Positions 27,349-41,412 are shown, counted from the stretch's first letter. The stretch is DNA of 64,000 nucleotides from Eledone cirrhosa (GCA_964016885.1 OZ024759.1:17794001-17858000), one strand, 5' to 3'. Notes: generated by a model from the sequence alone, not told the origin. Translations and numbers: made by a program.

Positions 27349-27488
27349 ATATAAAGCTAATAGCAAATTCCAACTCACTCAACAAACATTAGGAAATATC
27401 TGAGTATATTCCTAGTTAAACGTTCGGGGTGCTAACTATATTGTATTGTGTGGGTAATTGGCTGTATCATTTCATATGAGATATATCA

Positions 27489-28141
27489 AAGCCTGCATGC
27501 TCCGATGGATGTGTAACAGTAATATACGTGAACGACAAAGCATAAAGGAATTGAGAGAGAGACTGAGCATAAGAGGAATCAAATGCTGCGTGCAGGAGAG
27601 GCGGTTACGCTGGTATGGACATGTGATGCGTATGAAGGATGACAGCTGCATAAAAAGGTGCAGAGCACTAGAAGTTGATGGAAACCGCGGAGTGGGGAGA
27701 CCCAAGATGACTTGGGATGAGGTGATAAAAGCCGACCTTACCCAACTACACCTCTCAAAGTCAATGACACACGACCGTGACTTCTGGCGTCACGCAGTAA
27801 TACAGGGTACCCGACCTCCCATGGGTACATGCTGAAGCATATAAACAATATGCCCCCCCCTCCACCGCAAGGTGGCCGTGGAGGTGCCACGGCAAAAAAA
27901 GCACCCAGCCCACACTGTAAAGTGGACGTGTAGGCGCCACGAAAAAGCACCCAGCACTCACTGTAAATGAGGTTGGTGTTAGGAAGGGCATCCAGCTGTA
28001 GAAATCAAGCCAGATCAGTTCCTGTATGAGCAAGGCATGGTCAGCCGACCAGACACTGCCCACAACAGGACAACCCGTCTAACCCATGCTAGCGTGGAAG
28101 AACGGACGTAAAACGGTGATGATGATGATGATGGATGATGA
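27489..28141 (+). mobile_element. RTE family A 3' end, young
   Basis: ACMLRWMC...ERRLRWYGHVMRMKDDSCIKRC...WRHAVIQ; 3'UTR; (GAT)n. Confidence 0.92.
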
Positions 28142-28251
28142 TATCACTTCCCAGACGACTCGTTTCATTATAAGATTTCTACAAGTATTTGTATGTATAT
28201 ATATTATATATATGTATATATATACACATACGTATATATATATATATATAT

Positions 28252-28578
28252 GTAGAAGTTCTATTTAAATTGTTGGGATACAACAAGCAAATATTTTTAT
28301 AACTGATATAAAGCACTCAACAAATTATTGGAGTAAAAATACGATATATTAACAAATGGAAACTATATTTATAAAACCATATTTATTTCATTATACATAT
28401 TTCAAGGACACTTGAAATGGTCACATTCTTTAAGGGTATGTCAATATTTATTTATAAAACTGGTCTATATTATATTTTATCTGATGAAAGCGCACCATAA
28501 TTTGACTTGGTGTCCTTGAACTATGTATAATGAAATAAATATGGTTTTATAAATATAGTTTCCATTTGTTAATATATC
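28252..28578. mobile_element. HHR cassette family H1 with inverted arms
   Basis: Arms 28343-28411 and 28509-28578; plus-strand HHR 28473-28537 (CTGATGA...GAAC; the other arm retains GAAA); homologous to 48625-48797 and 52901-53441. Confidence 0.75.
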
Positions 28579-28880
28579 ATATATATATATATATTGTAAT
28601 ATTTCTATATTCTTATATTTCTCTATTCCTACAATCTTAAATTCCTATATTCCTATATTTTAATAGTCTTATAGTCTTATATTTATATAGTCCTATATTC
28701 TTGAATGTCTATATTCCTGTATTTCTATATTCTTATATTCTGGTGTTTGCTTTAAGCTCCTGATTATCAAGTCTCTCTTTCTGTCTTATGCCCATTTAAT
28801 CAATAATGGTTTTTCTCTTGACTTTTGAAGTGCCATCCCAATTGTTTGTGTATGTAAGAATGTGTATATTTATGCATACA

Positions 28881-28941
<61 letters not shown>

Positions 28942-29261
28942 ACATATATATATATATATATACACATACATATATATACACACACACATATATATCTATA
29001 TATATGTTTGAATATTCAGAAATGTTTGAAATAGCACAATATACATGCATATATAAATATATATATATGCATACATACACATATATATATATGTATATGT
29101 ACGTGTATATACATAAATATATATATGTGTGTATGCATGTATGCATATATATATATATATTTATATATGCATGCATATTGTGCTATTTCAAATATTTTTG
29201 AATATTCAAATAATGACATATAAAGGTATTTGTATGTATATATATTATATATATATACACT

Positions 29262-29296
<35 letters not shown>

Positions 29297-29509
29297 ATGA
29301 TGATCATGATGATATATCCATATCCAATCTTTACCAGTATGGGAAAGAAGCCGGATATATACTGAAGATGACAAAGTTATATATTAAATTTATACACTTG
29401 CGTTTCACTTTGTAATTTTACTTTGTACAATTAAAATACATTTTTAATCTGGAATTCATATTGAAGTTATCTACCTCTTTTCTGCCCTGTATTGAGTATG
29501 TGTGTTCAT

Positions 29510-31962
29510 GCTCACACATGCACACTCACAGCTGTGTCTATGTGTACGCATATTTAATGCAAAACATATACATACGCATACATACATACACTGCTATACA
29601 CGCATACGCACTCATAGCTGTGTCTACGTGTACGCACATTTAATGCAAAACATATACATACGCATACATACATACACTGCTATACACGCATACGCACTCA
29701 TAGCTGTGTCTACGTGTACGCACATTTAATGCAAACATATACATAGGCATACATACTTACATACACTGCTATGCACGCATACGCACTCATAGCTGTGTCT
29801 ACGTGTACGCACATTTAATGCAAACATATACATAGGCATACATACTTACATACACTGCTATACACACATACGCAATCATAGCTGTGTCTACGTGTACGCA
29901 TATTTAATGCAAAACATATACATACGCATACATACTTACACTGCTATACACACACACACGCACTCACAAGTGTATCTACAGGCACGCACATTTAATGAAC
30001 GCATATACATACGCATACATACAGTAATATGCACACATACGCACTCACAAGTGTATCTACAGGCACGCACATTTAATGCAAACTTACATATACATACATA
30101 CATACACATGTAACTACATGCACACACATAAATGCAGATATTCACACACATGCACCCTCATATACACACATACACATTCACAGGTGTGTCTACATGTACG
30201 CACATTTAATGCAAACACATACATACTCATATTCATATACAGATATACACACTCAAAGGTGAGATTAGATGTACACACATCAATATAGACATACACACAC
30301 ACACTCACATACACACACATGCTCACATACTCATTGACTACATGCACACACATCAATGCAAACATACACACACACACACACTCATGTTACTACATGCACA
30401 CACATCAATGCAAACATACACACACACATGTTACTACATGCACACACATCAATGTAAACATACACATACACACATACACACTCATGTTACTACATGCACA
30501 CACATCAATGCAAACACACACACACACATTCATGTGACTACATGCACACACATCAATGTAAACATACACACACGTACACACGTTACTACATGCACACACA
30601 TCAATGTAAACATACACATACACACTCATGTTACTACATGCACACACATCAATGCAAACATACACACACACACACATGTTACTACATGCACACACATCAA
30701 TGTAAACATACACATACACACTCATGTTACTACATGCACACACATCAATGCAAACATACACACACATACACACACACACACTCATGTGACTACATGCACA
30801 CACATCAATGTAAACATACACACACGTACACACATGTTACTACATGCACACACATCAATGTAAACATACACACACACACACACTCATGTTACTACATGCA
30901 CATACACATACACATACACACCGACACACATACATGCACACACATACACGCACACACACACATACACACCCACCCATGTGACTACATGCCTACACCACCC
31001 ACACACTCATACACCTATACCCACCCATCCATCCACAATCACAATCATCACACACACACAGTCCCACAATAACATATACACAGGCACACACACACGGTCA
31101 CCCCCATCACATATTTACACACACACACACACACATGTTGACACAATACAATCACGCCAACGCTTGTACACATACATAGACATTTACCCCATTATTTGTT
31201 CATTCACACACACACACACACACACACGTACACACACACACATATGTATACACACATACACACAGTCACTCCATCATTTGTTCACATACAGATATACACA
31301 CACAGATAAACAGTCGTACCATCACATGTTCACACACACATATGTATACACACACATACACACAGTCACCCCATCTTATGAATACATACACACACACACA
31401 TGTACACACACACACATATGTATACACACACACATACACACAATCACCCCGTCTTATGTACACACACACACACAAATGTACACACCCACACACACGTACA
31501 CATACACACATTCCCACCATCACATGTGCACACATACATACACACACTTTCTCACCCCCACATGTACACACACATACATATATGTACACACACACTCATT
31601 CCCACCTGACACATACACACATGTACACGCACGTTCTCACCTCCACATGTACACACACACATATTCCCACCATCACACATACACACACATATACACACAC
31701 TTTCTCACCTCCACATGTACACACACACACACATTCCCACCATCACACATACACACACATATACACACACTTTCTCACCTCCACATGTACACACACACAC
31801 ACACATTCCCACCATCACACATACACACACACTTTCTCACCTCCACATGTACACACACACATGCACATGCACACATGCACATACACACACACTCTCTCAC
31901 CTCCACATGCACACACACACACACACATATATGTACACACACACACACATACACACACACAC
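29510..31962. repeat. Complex CA-rich minisatellite mosaic
   Basis: Sub-arrays such as gctgtgtctacgtgtacgcacatttaatgcaaa, catgttactacatgcacacacatcaatg and tttctcacctccacatgtac separated by (CA)n. Confidence 0.9.
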
Positions 31963-32035
31963 TTTCAATGCCTAAAATTAATTCTTCAATAATTAACCAT
32001 AGATGCATTTATAAGATTTTGACGAATGTCCATTG

Positions 32036-32075
32036 CCATCATCACCATCACCATCACCATCACCATCATCACCAC

Positions 32076-32110
<35 letters not shown>

Positions 32111-32411
32111 GCATCATCACCATTATCATCATCATAATTACCACCACCATCACCATCACCATCATCATCATAATTACCACCACCATTCTCATCACCACCA
32201 CCATCATCATCATCATCATCATCACCATTATCATCATCATAATTACCACCACCACCACCATCACCATCATCATCATAATTACCACCACCATTCTCATCAC
32301 CACCACCATCATCATCATCATCATCATCACCATTATCATCATCATAATTACCACCACCACCACCATCACCATCATCATCATAATTACCACCACCATTCTC
32401 ATCACCACCAC

Positions 32412-32444
<33 letters not shown>

Positions 32445-32836
32445 AATTACCACCACCACCATCATCATCATCATCACAATCATAATCCTCACTGGCACCA
32501 TCATTATCACCTTCAGCCTCATCATCACCACCATCTTAACCACCACCATCATCTTAACCACCACCATCTTAACCACCATCATCTTAACCACCACCATCTT
32601 AACCACCACAATCTTAACCACCGCCACCATCTTAACCACCATCATTATCTTAACCATCACCATCATCTTAACCGCCATCATCTTAACCACCATCATCTTA
32701 ACCATCATCATCACCTTTATCGTCCTTAGCTCCACCATCATCACCTTTATCATCATCATCATCATCATCATCTTAACTACCACCACACACCATCATCACC
32801 ATCATCATAACTACCATCACCTTCATCATCATCATC
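32036..32836. repeat. (CAT/CAC)n trinucleotide tract
   Basis: Poly-His/Ile/Met ORFs in several frames. Confidence 0.92.
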
Positions 32837-32951
32837 CAATTCTTATTATTGTTGCTGTCATCATCCACATTTGAATTTATTGAAATTGCTAACGATCAAT
32901 AATTATTTAATTATTTTTTTTTATTAGAATTATCATTAATATTATTACCAA

Positions 32952-32983
<32 letters not shown>

Positions 32984-33384
32984 CAACAACAACAACAACA
33001 ATAATAATAATAATTATACAACTACTACAATTATTACTATCATTATTTTTGTAATTATAACAACACCACCACCAACAACAATAGTAACTTCTTAATTAAC
33101 ATAATCCTACCTTGATTTCAATTTCTCTCTCTCTCTCTCTCTCTTTCTCCTCCTCTCTCTCTCACCCCCCCCCCCTCTCTCCTCCACACACATACATGCA
33201 TATTCAAGCAAACATATTCAAACAGACTTATATACACACACATACACACATCCCAAAATATGTGCATGCTCATTTAATTTCTTCAAAATTCTGCAAATTC
33301 CTATTTTTAAACATCAATTTAGGAAACAAGCTAGGATGCATGCATAGAAAAAGTATTTAAAAAATCTTATTCAACAGATGATAG

Positions 33385-34285
33385 TGCAGTAATGTGCCAG
33401 CTTCAGCATTTAATAATCAGACGTAGAGAGGTGGGCATAAAAGCCAAACTTGCTATCTTCAATTCGGGTTTCGTGCCAACCTTACTTATGGTTACAAATC
33501 TTGGATAATGACTGAACGAATACGATCGTGAATGCAAGTAGCTGAAATGGGATTCCTCCGAAGGGTCTTTGGAGTAATGTTACTCAATAAAGTGTGTAGC
33601 TCAGAGATAAGGGAGTCACTCCTGGTTGAGCTGCTACTTCTCCGAATTGAGAGATCACAGCTCCGATACTATGGACATATGGTTAGAATATCTCGTGAAA
33701 GAATCGCTGGAGATATTTTTAGCTCTGAGATTAGAGAGTCACTCCAGGTAGGGCAGCTACTTCTCCGAATTGAGAGATCACGGCTCTGATACTATGGACA
33801 TGTGCTTAGATTATCTCAGGAAAGAATCACTGGAGATATTTGTAGCTCTGAGATCAGAGAGTTACTATAGGTAGAGCTGCTACTTCTCCGCATTGAGAGA
33901 TTACAGCTCCGATACTATGGACATGTGGTTAGAATATTTCAGGAAAGAATCGCTGGAGATATTTGTAGCTCTGAGATCAGAGAGTTACTATAGGTAGAGC
34001 TGCTACTTCTCCGAATTGAGAGATTACAGCTCCGATACTATGGACATGTGGTTAGAATATCTCAGGAAAGAATCTCTGGAGATATTTTATGGGCAAAACC
34101 AACAGGTAGGCAACCCAGGTGTAGACTCTGAGCAAGATGGTTGGATAGCATCCATGAGCTTCTCTGGTCATGCTTGGGGATCCAGCCGGATCAGTTGGAG
34201 ATGGTTGCTTTTGACAGGAGCCACTGGAGGGAGTATTTGAAGACTCTGCCCACAGCCCTCTCAAGAATAATTAGGCGAAGAAGGA
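33385..34285 (+). mobile_element. RTE LINE family C 3' ORF with 4 x 123-bp internal tandem duplication
   Basis: FVPTLTYG..SW, MQVAEMGFLRRV, RIERSQLRYYGH; repeat starts at 33598, 33721, 33844, 33967. Confidence 0.85.
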
Positions 34286-34934
34286 GACACAAATGACAAA
34301 TTATGTAATGTGTGCAATAAAAAAAATTTAAATAATGAAAATAAGTGGAATGGGTGGGAAGAGTGAGTGGTAGATTCTACAACACCCCCTCCCCAGTTTT
34401 AGGTGGTATATATTAAATGGACCCCAATGATAAAATGGCAAAGGCATTGCTGCATGCAAAAAAACAGGAAAAAAAAAAAACAGGCTAGCAAAATCCACTG
34501 CATCAGCCACTCCACCTCTTCCTGAATGTGGAGAATGTGTGGAAGGAAGACGGATTATCCTTCAGTGAACCCAACAGAGGGACCAGCTGTCAACAGCTAT
34601 ATGGTCAGAATATCACTGGACTCCTTCCTTCTTCAGGCAGGATGGACTCCTCTTCCCTGCCTTTCAACGATCTAACAAGTTCAATTGGCAGAGTCTTTAG
34701 AATATTGGACAAAACCCCATGTCTTGTTTGCCCTGCCTCCTTATGGTTTGAGTTCAAATCCTACTTCGGATTGTTAACGTTTTTTACCATGCTTCTCTGT
34801 TAAAGGATTCTAATGATGATTTTCTCATATATTTAACTGGTAGTAGTAGTAGTAGTAATACAACTTATGCCCTTAGGATCATGAGCAGAGCACCCTAATC
34901 ACTGAGACACATGCTTTCTCTTTCTCATATACTT

Positions 34935-35240
34935 AATGCTCCGTTGGATGTGCAATGTCAATGTGCGTGAATGACCAAGCATCAATGAGTTGAGAATGAA
35001 ACTGTGAATAAGAGGGATAGGCTGTAGTGTATGGGAGAGAAGACTGCATTGGTATGGCCATGTGACGTGCATTGAAAATGACTGCTGGGTGAAGAAGTGC
35101 CAAGGAATCCTGGTGGAAGAGGACGCAGTAGAGGAAAATCACAAAAAGCATGGGCGGAGGTGGTGAGAGCTGACCTCAGATCGCTGAAGCTCACAGAGGA
35201 GATGACGAAGGACTGTGATTAATGGAGAGATGTTGTGTTG
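34935..35240 (+). mobile_element. RTE family B fragment
   Basis: atgctccgttggatgtgcaatgtcaatgtg...gacctcagatcgctgaagctcac. Confidence 0.8.
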
Positions 35241-35246
35241 GAGTTT

Positions 35247-35293
35247 ATGGTACTGCTGAAGGGTAATCACCCAGAAACATTAGTGTCTGCCGT
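35247..35293 (+). ncRNA. Hammerhead motif (family H6) with core mutation CTGCTGA
   Basis: ATGGTA-CTGCTGA-A GGGT AATC ACCC A-GAAA-CATTAGT-GTC^-TGCCGT; paralog at 63889. Confidence 0.65.
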
Positions 35294-35623
35294 TCTGTTT
35301 ATATGCCAACACAAGAGCAAGAATGAAGTTGTCATTCTGCAGACATGGCTTAATGAGGCTGTTTGCATAATAGCAAATGAATCGGATATTGTTATTGATA
35401 ATCGAAAAACTCAGATTACATTTATATATATATATATATATTGTTCTTCAGGCATGTTCAGTCCTCCTGCTGCTATGAAGGAATTTAACTATACTATGTA
35501 CATGACCTCCAAGATCGTTGACTGCTCCCTGTAACTGACAAGAAAAACAAGCAATTTTTAGGATTTTTTACTTAGATATTTCTGCTTCTTTTGTTTTGAC
35601 TGCATGCCCATATATGGACTGTA

Positions 35624-35717
35624 CTCCTTGATGAGTTCAGCTAGATTCCTGCCGTTCTACTACTGGTGGCTTAGTTCGGATCTAGCTGTCGAAACGGCCG
35701 GAGCTCAGCCTTCGGGG
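35624..35717 (+). ncRNA. Full-length family H3 hammerhead motif, decayed
   Basis: CTCC-TTGATGA-stem II CAGCTAGAT.../ATCTAGCTG-GAAA-CGGC..GAGCTC.GCC-TTC^-GGGG. Confidence 0.6.
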
Positions 35718-35730
35718 ACCTGACTCTTTT

Positions 35731-35772
<42 letters not shown>

Positions 35773-37345
35773 TACATATACTGCAGTTTACTATAGAGGA
35801 GATTGTATTGGTATGTTCATGTGAAGGACAACAGCTGTATAAAAGGGGACCGTGGCAAATGGAGAGATACTGTGCTGAAGAGGACCCGTCCCAATCTTGC
35901 AAGCAGGGAAAAGCAAACGTAAAATGATGATGATGATGATTAACTGATAGTAGAAGAAGTAATACTACTCATACCCTTAGGATCATGAGCAGAGTACCCT
36001 AACCACTGAGTCACAAGATATCTCTTTCTCATATAAAATAAAATGTGGATGTGTTATGATTTTCAGTAAACAGAGCTATATATATAATAACACTGATATA
36101 ACCTCCCCCCCCCCCCCCCTCAGCAAACCTCATTGCTCGCTTCATTACACAACAGACAGACAATGAACTAATAACTTAACTGGTCCGTTGAAAGCTTCTG
36201 AATTTTATTCACTGCCAAATTGTCTTTAATTATTTCTAAAATTAATTGATTTAGAATTTAAAATTAATTGATTGCTAATTAATTTGTTTATTGCCAATTG
36301 TTTTGTTGACTGAAATATCTCGAAAAGTTAGGTTGTTTATTTGATTTTTTTCGTTATGTTTTTGGTATGTTTTGTTATGTTTTGTTTTGTGCTATTTAGT
36401 TTTATTGTTTGTCACTGTGAGACAAATGTATATGGTGTGAACCATTCATCATTCTTTCTCTTCTCTTAATATCTGTAACTTATATCATTGCTGTCACCAT
36501 TACTACAACTACTATTACTACTACTACTACTACTACTACCATATATACAACTACTACCACTACATCTACTACTGCTACTACTACTACTGCAGCTGCTGCT
36601 ACTACTATTGCCACTGCCACCACCACCGGTTTGAAAAGAAAGAGGTGAGAAAATTCTGGCTGGATACAGCCGGTTTAAATGCTAAAGGGTTAATACATGA
36701 ATCAAACTCATCAGCTTACAATCATCAGCCCAATATCCTAACCACTAGGTTTTGCACCTCCAAGAAAGGCATTTTTATCACTGGCTTCTTCGTAAATTTT
36801 GTTTGCTCTTAAATTATTGACAATGAATCTTTAATGTTTCATATTGTTTATAATAAAAACAGAGAAGTTATCTCCATATGATACTTGTGTGTGTGTGTGT
36901 ACATGTATTTGTGAGTGTGTATGCACATATATTTGTGAGTGTGTGTGAGTGTGAGTGCATGTGTGTATGTGCGTATGTTTGCTTATGTGTATGTGTGTAC
37001 ATTTGTTTGTGTACATGTGTGTGTGTATACATTTGTGTGTGTGTGTATGTGTTTGCATATGTACGCATGTGTGTTTGCATACGTGTATATGTGTGTGCAT
37101 GTTTGCATACTTGTATGTGTGTGTGGGTGTTTGCATGCGTGTATATGTGTGTGTTTGAGTGTGTCTGCATATATTTATTCTATATTTATACTGACATAGT
37201 TTTATCATACACATCAGCTGCTTAGCACACAATGTCTTAATTAATTAACAACATCCCTGCTAATAATATGCAAATTAGTACATCCATGTTGAGATACTAT
37301 TATAAGTGACTTGATTATGTATTTGCTTGTGGTTATTTTAAGGAT

Positions 37346-37395
37346 ATACATAGCTTCTGATGAAAGTCTAAGGCTTGAAAATTGGTTAAATGTAT
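37346..37395 (+). ncRNA. Hammerhead motif candidate, intact core
   Basis: CTGATGA-AAGTC TAA GGCTT-GAAA-ATTGG-TTA^; stem I TT/AA plus ATACA/TGTAT with a bulge. Confidence 0.5.
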
Positions 37396-37432
37396 TTGTC
37401 ATTTATATTTTGAAAACGTGTAAATATATATA

Positions 37433-37787
37433 TAATGTCAGTGTGCATGAACGACCCACTATGAATGTGTTCAGAGAGAAACTGTGTCTGAGAGGGATAG
37501 AATGTAGTGTGCGAGAGAGGAGATTGAAGTGGTATGGACATGTGATGCGCATGGAGGATGACCGATGGGTGAAGAAGTGCCAGGAAATGCCAGTTGAAGG
37601 AAGATGTGGTAGAGGTAGATCACGAAAAACATGGGCGGAGGTGGTGAGAACAGACCTCAGATCGCTGAAGCTCACAGTGGAGATGTCGAAGAACCGTGAC
37701 AAGTGGAGAGATGCTGTGCTGAATAAGACCCGTCCAACCCTTGCAAGCAGGAAAAAGCGGACGTAAAATGATGATGATGATGACGAT
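37433..37787 (+). mobile_element. RTE family B 3' end
   Basis: ERRLKWYGHVMRMEDDRWVKKC...GRGRSRKTWAEVV; (GAT)n tail. Confidence 0.9.
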
Positions 37788-38027
37788 ATATATATAAAAT
37801 TATATGAAATGAAAAGAGCTGTGTGGTTACTAAAAACAAGGTTTAGCATGGTGGTTAGGACGGAACAAGATGAGAAAGGAAGAAAGGAGTTTCCATCGTC
37901 AGCTGTAAATGTTTCCCGATCCGATGTTTTGGCGCTGAATTACAGGACATCGGTGTAGTTCTGGTGCGCCCGAGGCCTTTTATTAATCAAAAGGCCAGGT
38001 GGAAAAGGATATATATATACATATATA

Positions 38028-38675
38028 TCATCATCATCATCATCACCGTTTTACGTCCGTTCTTCCACGCTAGCATGGGTTAGACGGGTTGTCCTGTTGT
38101 GGGCAGTGTCTGGTCGGCTGACCATGCCTTGCTCATACAGGAACTGATCTGGCTTGATTTCTACAGCTGGATGCCCTTCCTAACACTAACCTCATTTACA
38201 GTGAGTGCTGGGTGCTTTTTCGTGGCGCCTACACGTCCACTTTACAGTGTGGGCTGGGTGCTTTTTTGCCGTGGCACCTCCACGACCACCTTGCGGTGGG
38301 GGGGGGGGGCATATTGTTTATATGCTTCAGCATGTACCCATGGGAGGTCGGGTACCCTGTATTACTGCGTGACGCCAGAAGTCACGGTCGTGTGTCATTG
38401 ACTTTGAGAGGTGTAGTTGGGTAAGGTCGGCTTTTATCACCTCATCCCAAGTCATCTTGGGTCTCCCCACTCCGCGGTTTCCATCAACTTCTAGTGCTCT
38501 GCACCTTTTTATGCAGCTGTCATCCTTCATACGCATCACATGTCCATACCAGCGTAACCGCCTCTCCTGCACGCAGCATTTGATTCCTCTTATGCTCAGT
38601 CTCTCTCTCAATTCATTTATGCTTTGTCGTTCACGTATATTACTGTTACACATCCATCGGAGCATGCAGGCTTCG
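38028..38675 (-). mobile_element. RTE family A 3' end, near-identical to the 27489 copy
   Basis: Almost the same C-terminal translation, 3'UTR and truncation point. Confidence 0.92.
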
Positions 38676-38750
38676 TATATATATATATAAATATATAAAT
38701 GCATATGTATATATAAATATATGTTTGTGTGTGTATGTGTGTATATCTAT

Positions 38751-38885
38751 ATATTTAATGTAGAAATGGCTTCTACAGGACTAGAACTGTTTCATTTGAA
38801 GGAAATCATCAGAAAAGACATTTCTATATTAAATATTTATACCCTGCTATGTATTTAGTACCTTACTTACTGTGGTCCCCCCCCC
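38751..38885. mobile_element. HHR cassette family H2 (minus-strand HHR 38770-38816)
   Basis: Minus: TTTT-CTGATGA-TTTCCTTCAAAT-GAAA-CAGTTCTAGTCCT-GTA^GAAG; homologous to 43275-43467 and 47693-47883. Confidence 0.7.
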
Positions 38886-38899
38886 CTCCCCCGACACAC

Positions 38900-38954
<55 letters not shown>

Positions 38955-39031
38955 TTCACTCAGTCTCAGTTACCTCTATTCTGTATTTATACAAATATAA
39001 CTTTATCATATTCTTTGGCTGTTTACCACAA

Positions 39032-39087
<56 letters not shown>

Positions 39088-39149
39088 CATATATGTTTGG
39101 GTATGATAAAAAATGAAAATATAATAAAATACTAAAAATGTCGTAAAAT

Positions 39150-39380
39150 ACGAGAAATTTATGAGACACAGTCAAAGGGAAAAATAAAATATTTTGGATA
39201 TTTCATTAGTGGAAAAAAAGAGAAAATGGCTTACAGAGACTATTAATAGAAAGCAAAATAAATGAGAAGAGAGAACAGAGAACAGAAGATAGATACTGAT
39301 GGATGATATCAAGAATTAGACAGACTTTAAATACAGTGAATGTTTAAAGACTGAGATAGCGATCCACAGTGTACAGTACA
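39150..39380 (+). mobile_element. Highly decayed RTE-like ORF remnant
   Basis: KIKYFG, ENGLQRL, ESKINEKR, DDIK across frameshifts. Confidence 0.45.
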
Positions 39381-39478
39381 CTGAGAGCAAAAATTATCTC
39401 TATCTCTTGATAATAGTGGTATATATATACAGGCTCTCCCCAAAATATATGTTGATAGTTGTAATATATGTATATATA

Positions 39479-39750
39479 TCATCATCATCATCATCATCAT
39501 CAACGTTTAACGTCCGTGTTCCACGCTTGCATGGGTTTGGACGGGGGTAGTCCCACTTGAGGCAAGAGTGATTGTCTTGCTCGCATAGGACTGTCTGGCA
39601 GGTTTTCTAGTTGGATGCCCTTCCTAACACCAACCACATTTACAGTGTGGGTCTGGGAGGTTTTTACCGTGTTGCCTACACGGCCACATTACAGCGTGGA
39701 CTGTGTGTTTTTTTGTCGTGACACCTACACGATCTCATTTGTTTCGGCCA
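39479..39750 (-). mobile_element. RTE A2 3'UTR fragment
   Basis: (CAT)n, ggatgcccttcctaacaccaacc, acagcgtggactgtg. Confidence 0.8.
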
Positions 39751-39820
39751 TATACATACAAGGTCTCCCCAAAATATCTGTTGATAATTATAATATAATA
39801 TATGTATATATATGTGTATA

Positions 39821-39858
<38 letters not shown>

Positions 39859-39869
39859 ACACGGGGTGA

Positions 39870-40925
39870 ACTCCTTGCTCTCTGCTCCTTCCGTGGCCAT
39901 GATGACATTGTCATCAAACCGGCGGACAAGGGAAGCGCCGTGGTGGTGTGGTGCGCTGACCTCTAGCTTCCGACCCCACACCCCTCTACCAACCACAATT
40001 TTCCTCCACCATCCAACACCTCGTCTCCTCCTCCCGCCTACCTCCCACCACTTCGCACCTCATCAACCCCCCCCGCATCCGCACCATCTACTTCCTCCCC
40101 AAGATCCACAAACCCGACCACCCAGGCCGAACACCCCATCGTCTCCGCTTGCAACTGCCCCACCGAACTCATCTCCGCCTTTCTTGACTCCATCCTCCCC
40201 CCCCCCGTCACCGCCCTCCCCTCCCACATCTCCAACACCAGCCACGCCCTTCGCCTCTTCGAGCCCCTCACTTTCGCACCCGCCCAGCACCCCCTCCTCT
40301 TCACCCTAGATGTTGTGTTCCCCACGCCTACAGCCTACGTGCCCTCCGGCACTACCTTGACATTCGTCCCTCCCCCATCCCCTCTACCCCCACCCTTCTT
40401 CGCCTCACCGAGCTGGTCCTCACCCTTAACTGCTTCGCCTTCTCGGGTGAGTTTTACCAACAGGTCACTGGGGTAGCCATGGGCACAAAAATGGGCCCGA
40501 ACTATGCCAACTTTTTCGTTGGCCATATTGAGGCCCAAATCTTTGCCCAGTACACCGGCCCCACGCCCGAACTGTACGGTCGTTACATCGATGACTGCAT
40601 CGGAGCCATGACCCTCACCCGAGAACAGTTCGACGCCTTTCTCTCCCTCTTCTGCTCCTTCCACCCCTCACTCCACTTCAACACCTCTATCTCCACCACC
40701 CCACGTCCACTTCTTGGACATCTCCGTCGCCATCGACCCCTCCCACCGCTCCCTCGTCACATCCGCCTTCTTTAGACCCACCGACTCCCACTCCTACCTC
40801 GACTTCACCTCCTCCCACCCTACATACACCTAACACTCCATTCCCTACTCCCAACTCCTCCAGATCCGCCACCTCTGCAGCTGAGATGCTGACATCGAGT
40901 CCCAGACCCTTTCTCTAGTCAGCCA
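39870..40925 (+). pseudogene. Penelope-like element reverse transcriptase fragment (Neptune-like), frameshifted
   Basis: DDIVIKPADKGSAVVVW; IYFLPKIHKP; PIVS; LFTLDV; YQQVTGVAMGTKMGPNYAN; RYIDD; FLDI; RPTDSHSYLDFTSSHP; SIPYSQ. Confidence 0.9.
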
Positions 40926-41068
40926 TTTCATCTGAATATTGTTATACTTTGGGAGAGTCATGTTGTCAATAAAATCACGTTTTCAGATAATAAATCTCGC
41001 AAAACAAATTCAAAAACGAATTCATATCAACAGATATTTTGAGGAGACCCTGTGTATATATGTATACG

Positions 41069-41412
41069 GAGGTACATGGCTGAGTGGTTAGAGCATTGGC
41101 CTTGCAATCGAAAGGTTGTGAGTTCAATTCTCAGACCGGGTGATGTGTTGTTTCCTTGAGCAAGACACTTTATTTCACATTGCTCCAGTTTACTCAGCCG
41201 TAGAAATGAGATGATAGGGACAGGGGTCCCTATCATTCCACTGCAAAGTGGTCGTGGAGGTGCCACGGCAAAAAAAGCACCCAGCCTGTAAAGTGGACGT
41301 GTAGGCGCCATGGTAAAAAAGCACCCAGCACTCACTGTAAATGAGGTTGGTGTTAGGAAGGGCATCCAGCTGTAGAAATCAAGCCAGAATCAGTTCCCAT
41401 CGCACCCTTGCG
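41069..41412 (+). mobile_element. tRNA-derived SINE S2 with RTE-A 3'UTR body
   Basis: A box TGGCTGAGTGG, B box GAGTTCAATTC, CCTTGAGCAAGACACTT central domain, then ccactgcaaagtggtcgtggagg...gaagggcatccagctg shared with RTE-A. Confidence 0.85.

Noticed and set aside
30978-32729. 583-aa His/Thr-rich ORF
   Set aside because: Entirely (CA)n and (CAT)n sequence that is open in several frames; no sign of coding constraint.
37885-37915. Minus-strand CTGACGA-T-GGA AAC TCC-T
   Set aside because: No GAAA or cleavage triplet follows in the correct order.
41069-41145. tRNA gene candidates with A/B boxes (also S1 heads)
   Set aside because: They continue into SINE body and LINE-derived tail, occur in multiple copies (S1 with TSDs), and lack a complete cloverleaf.
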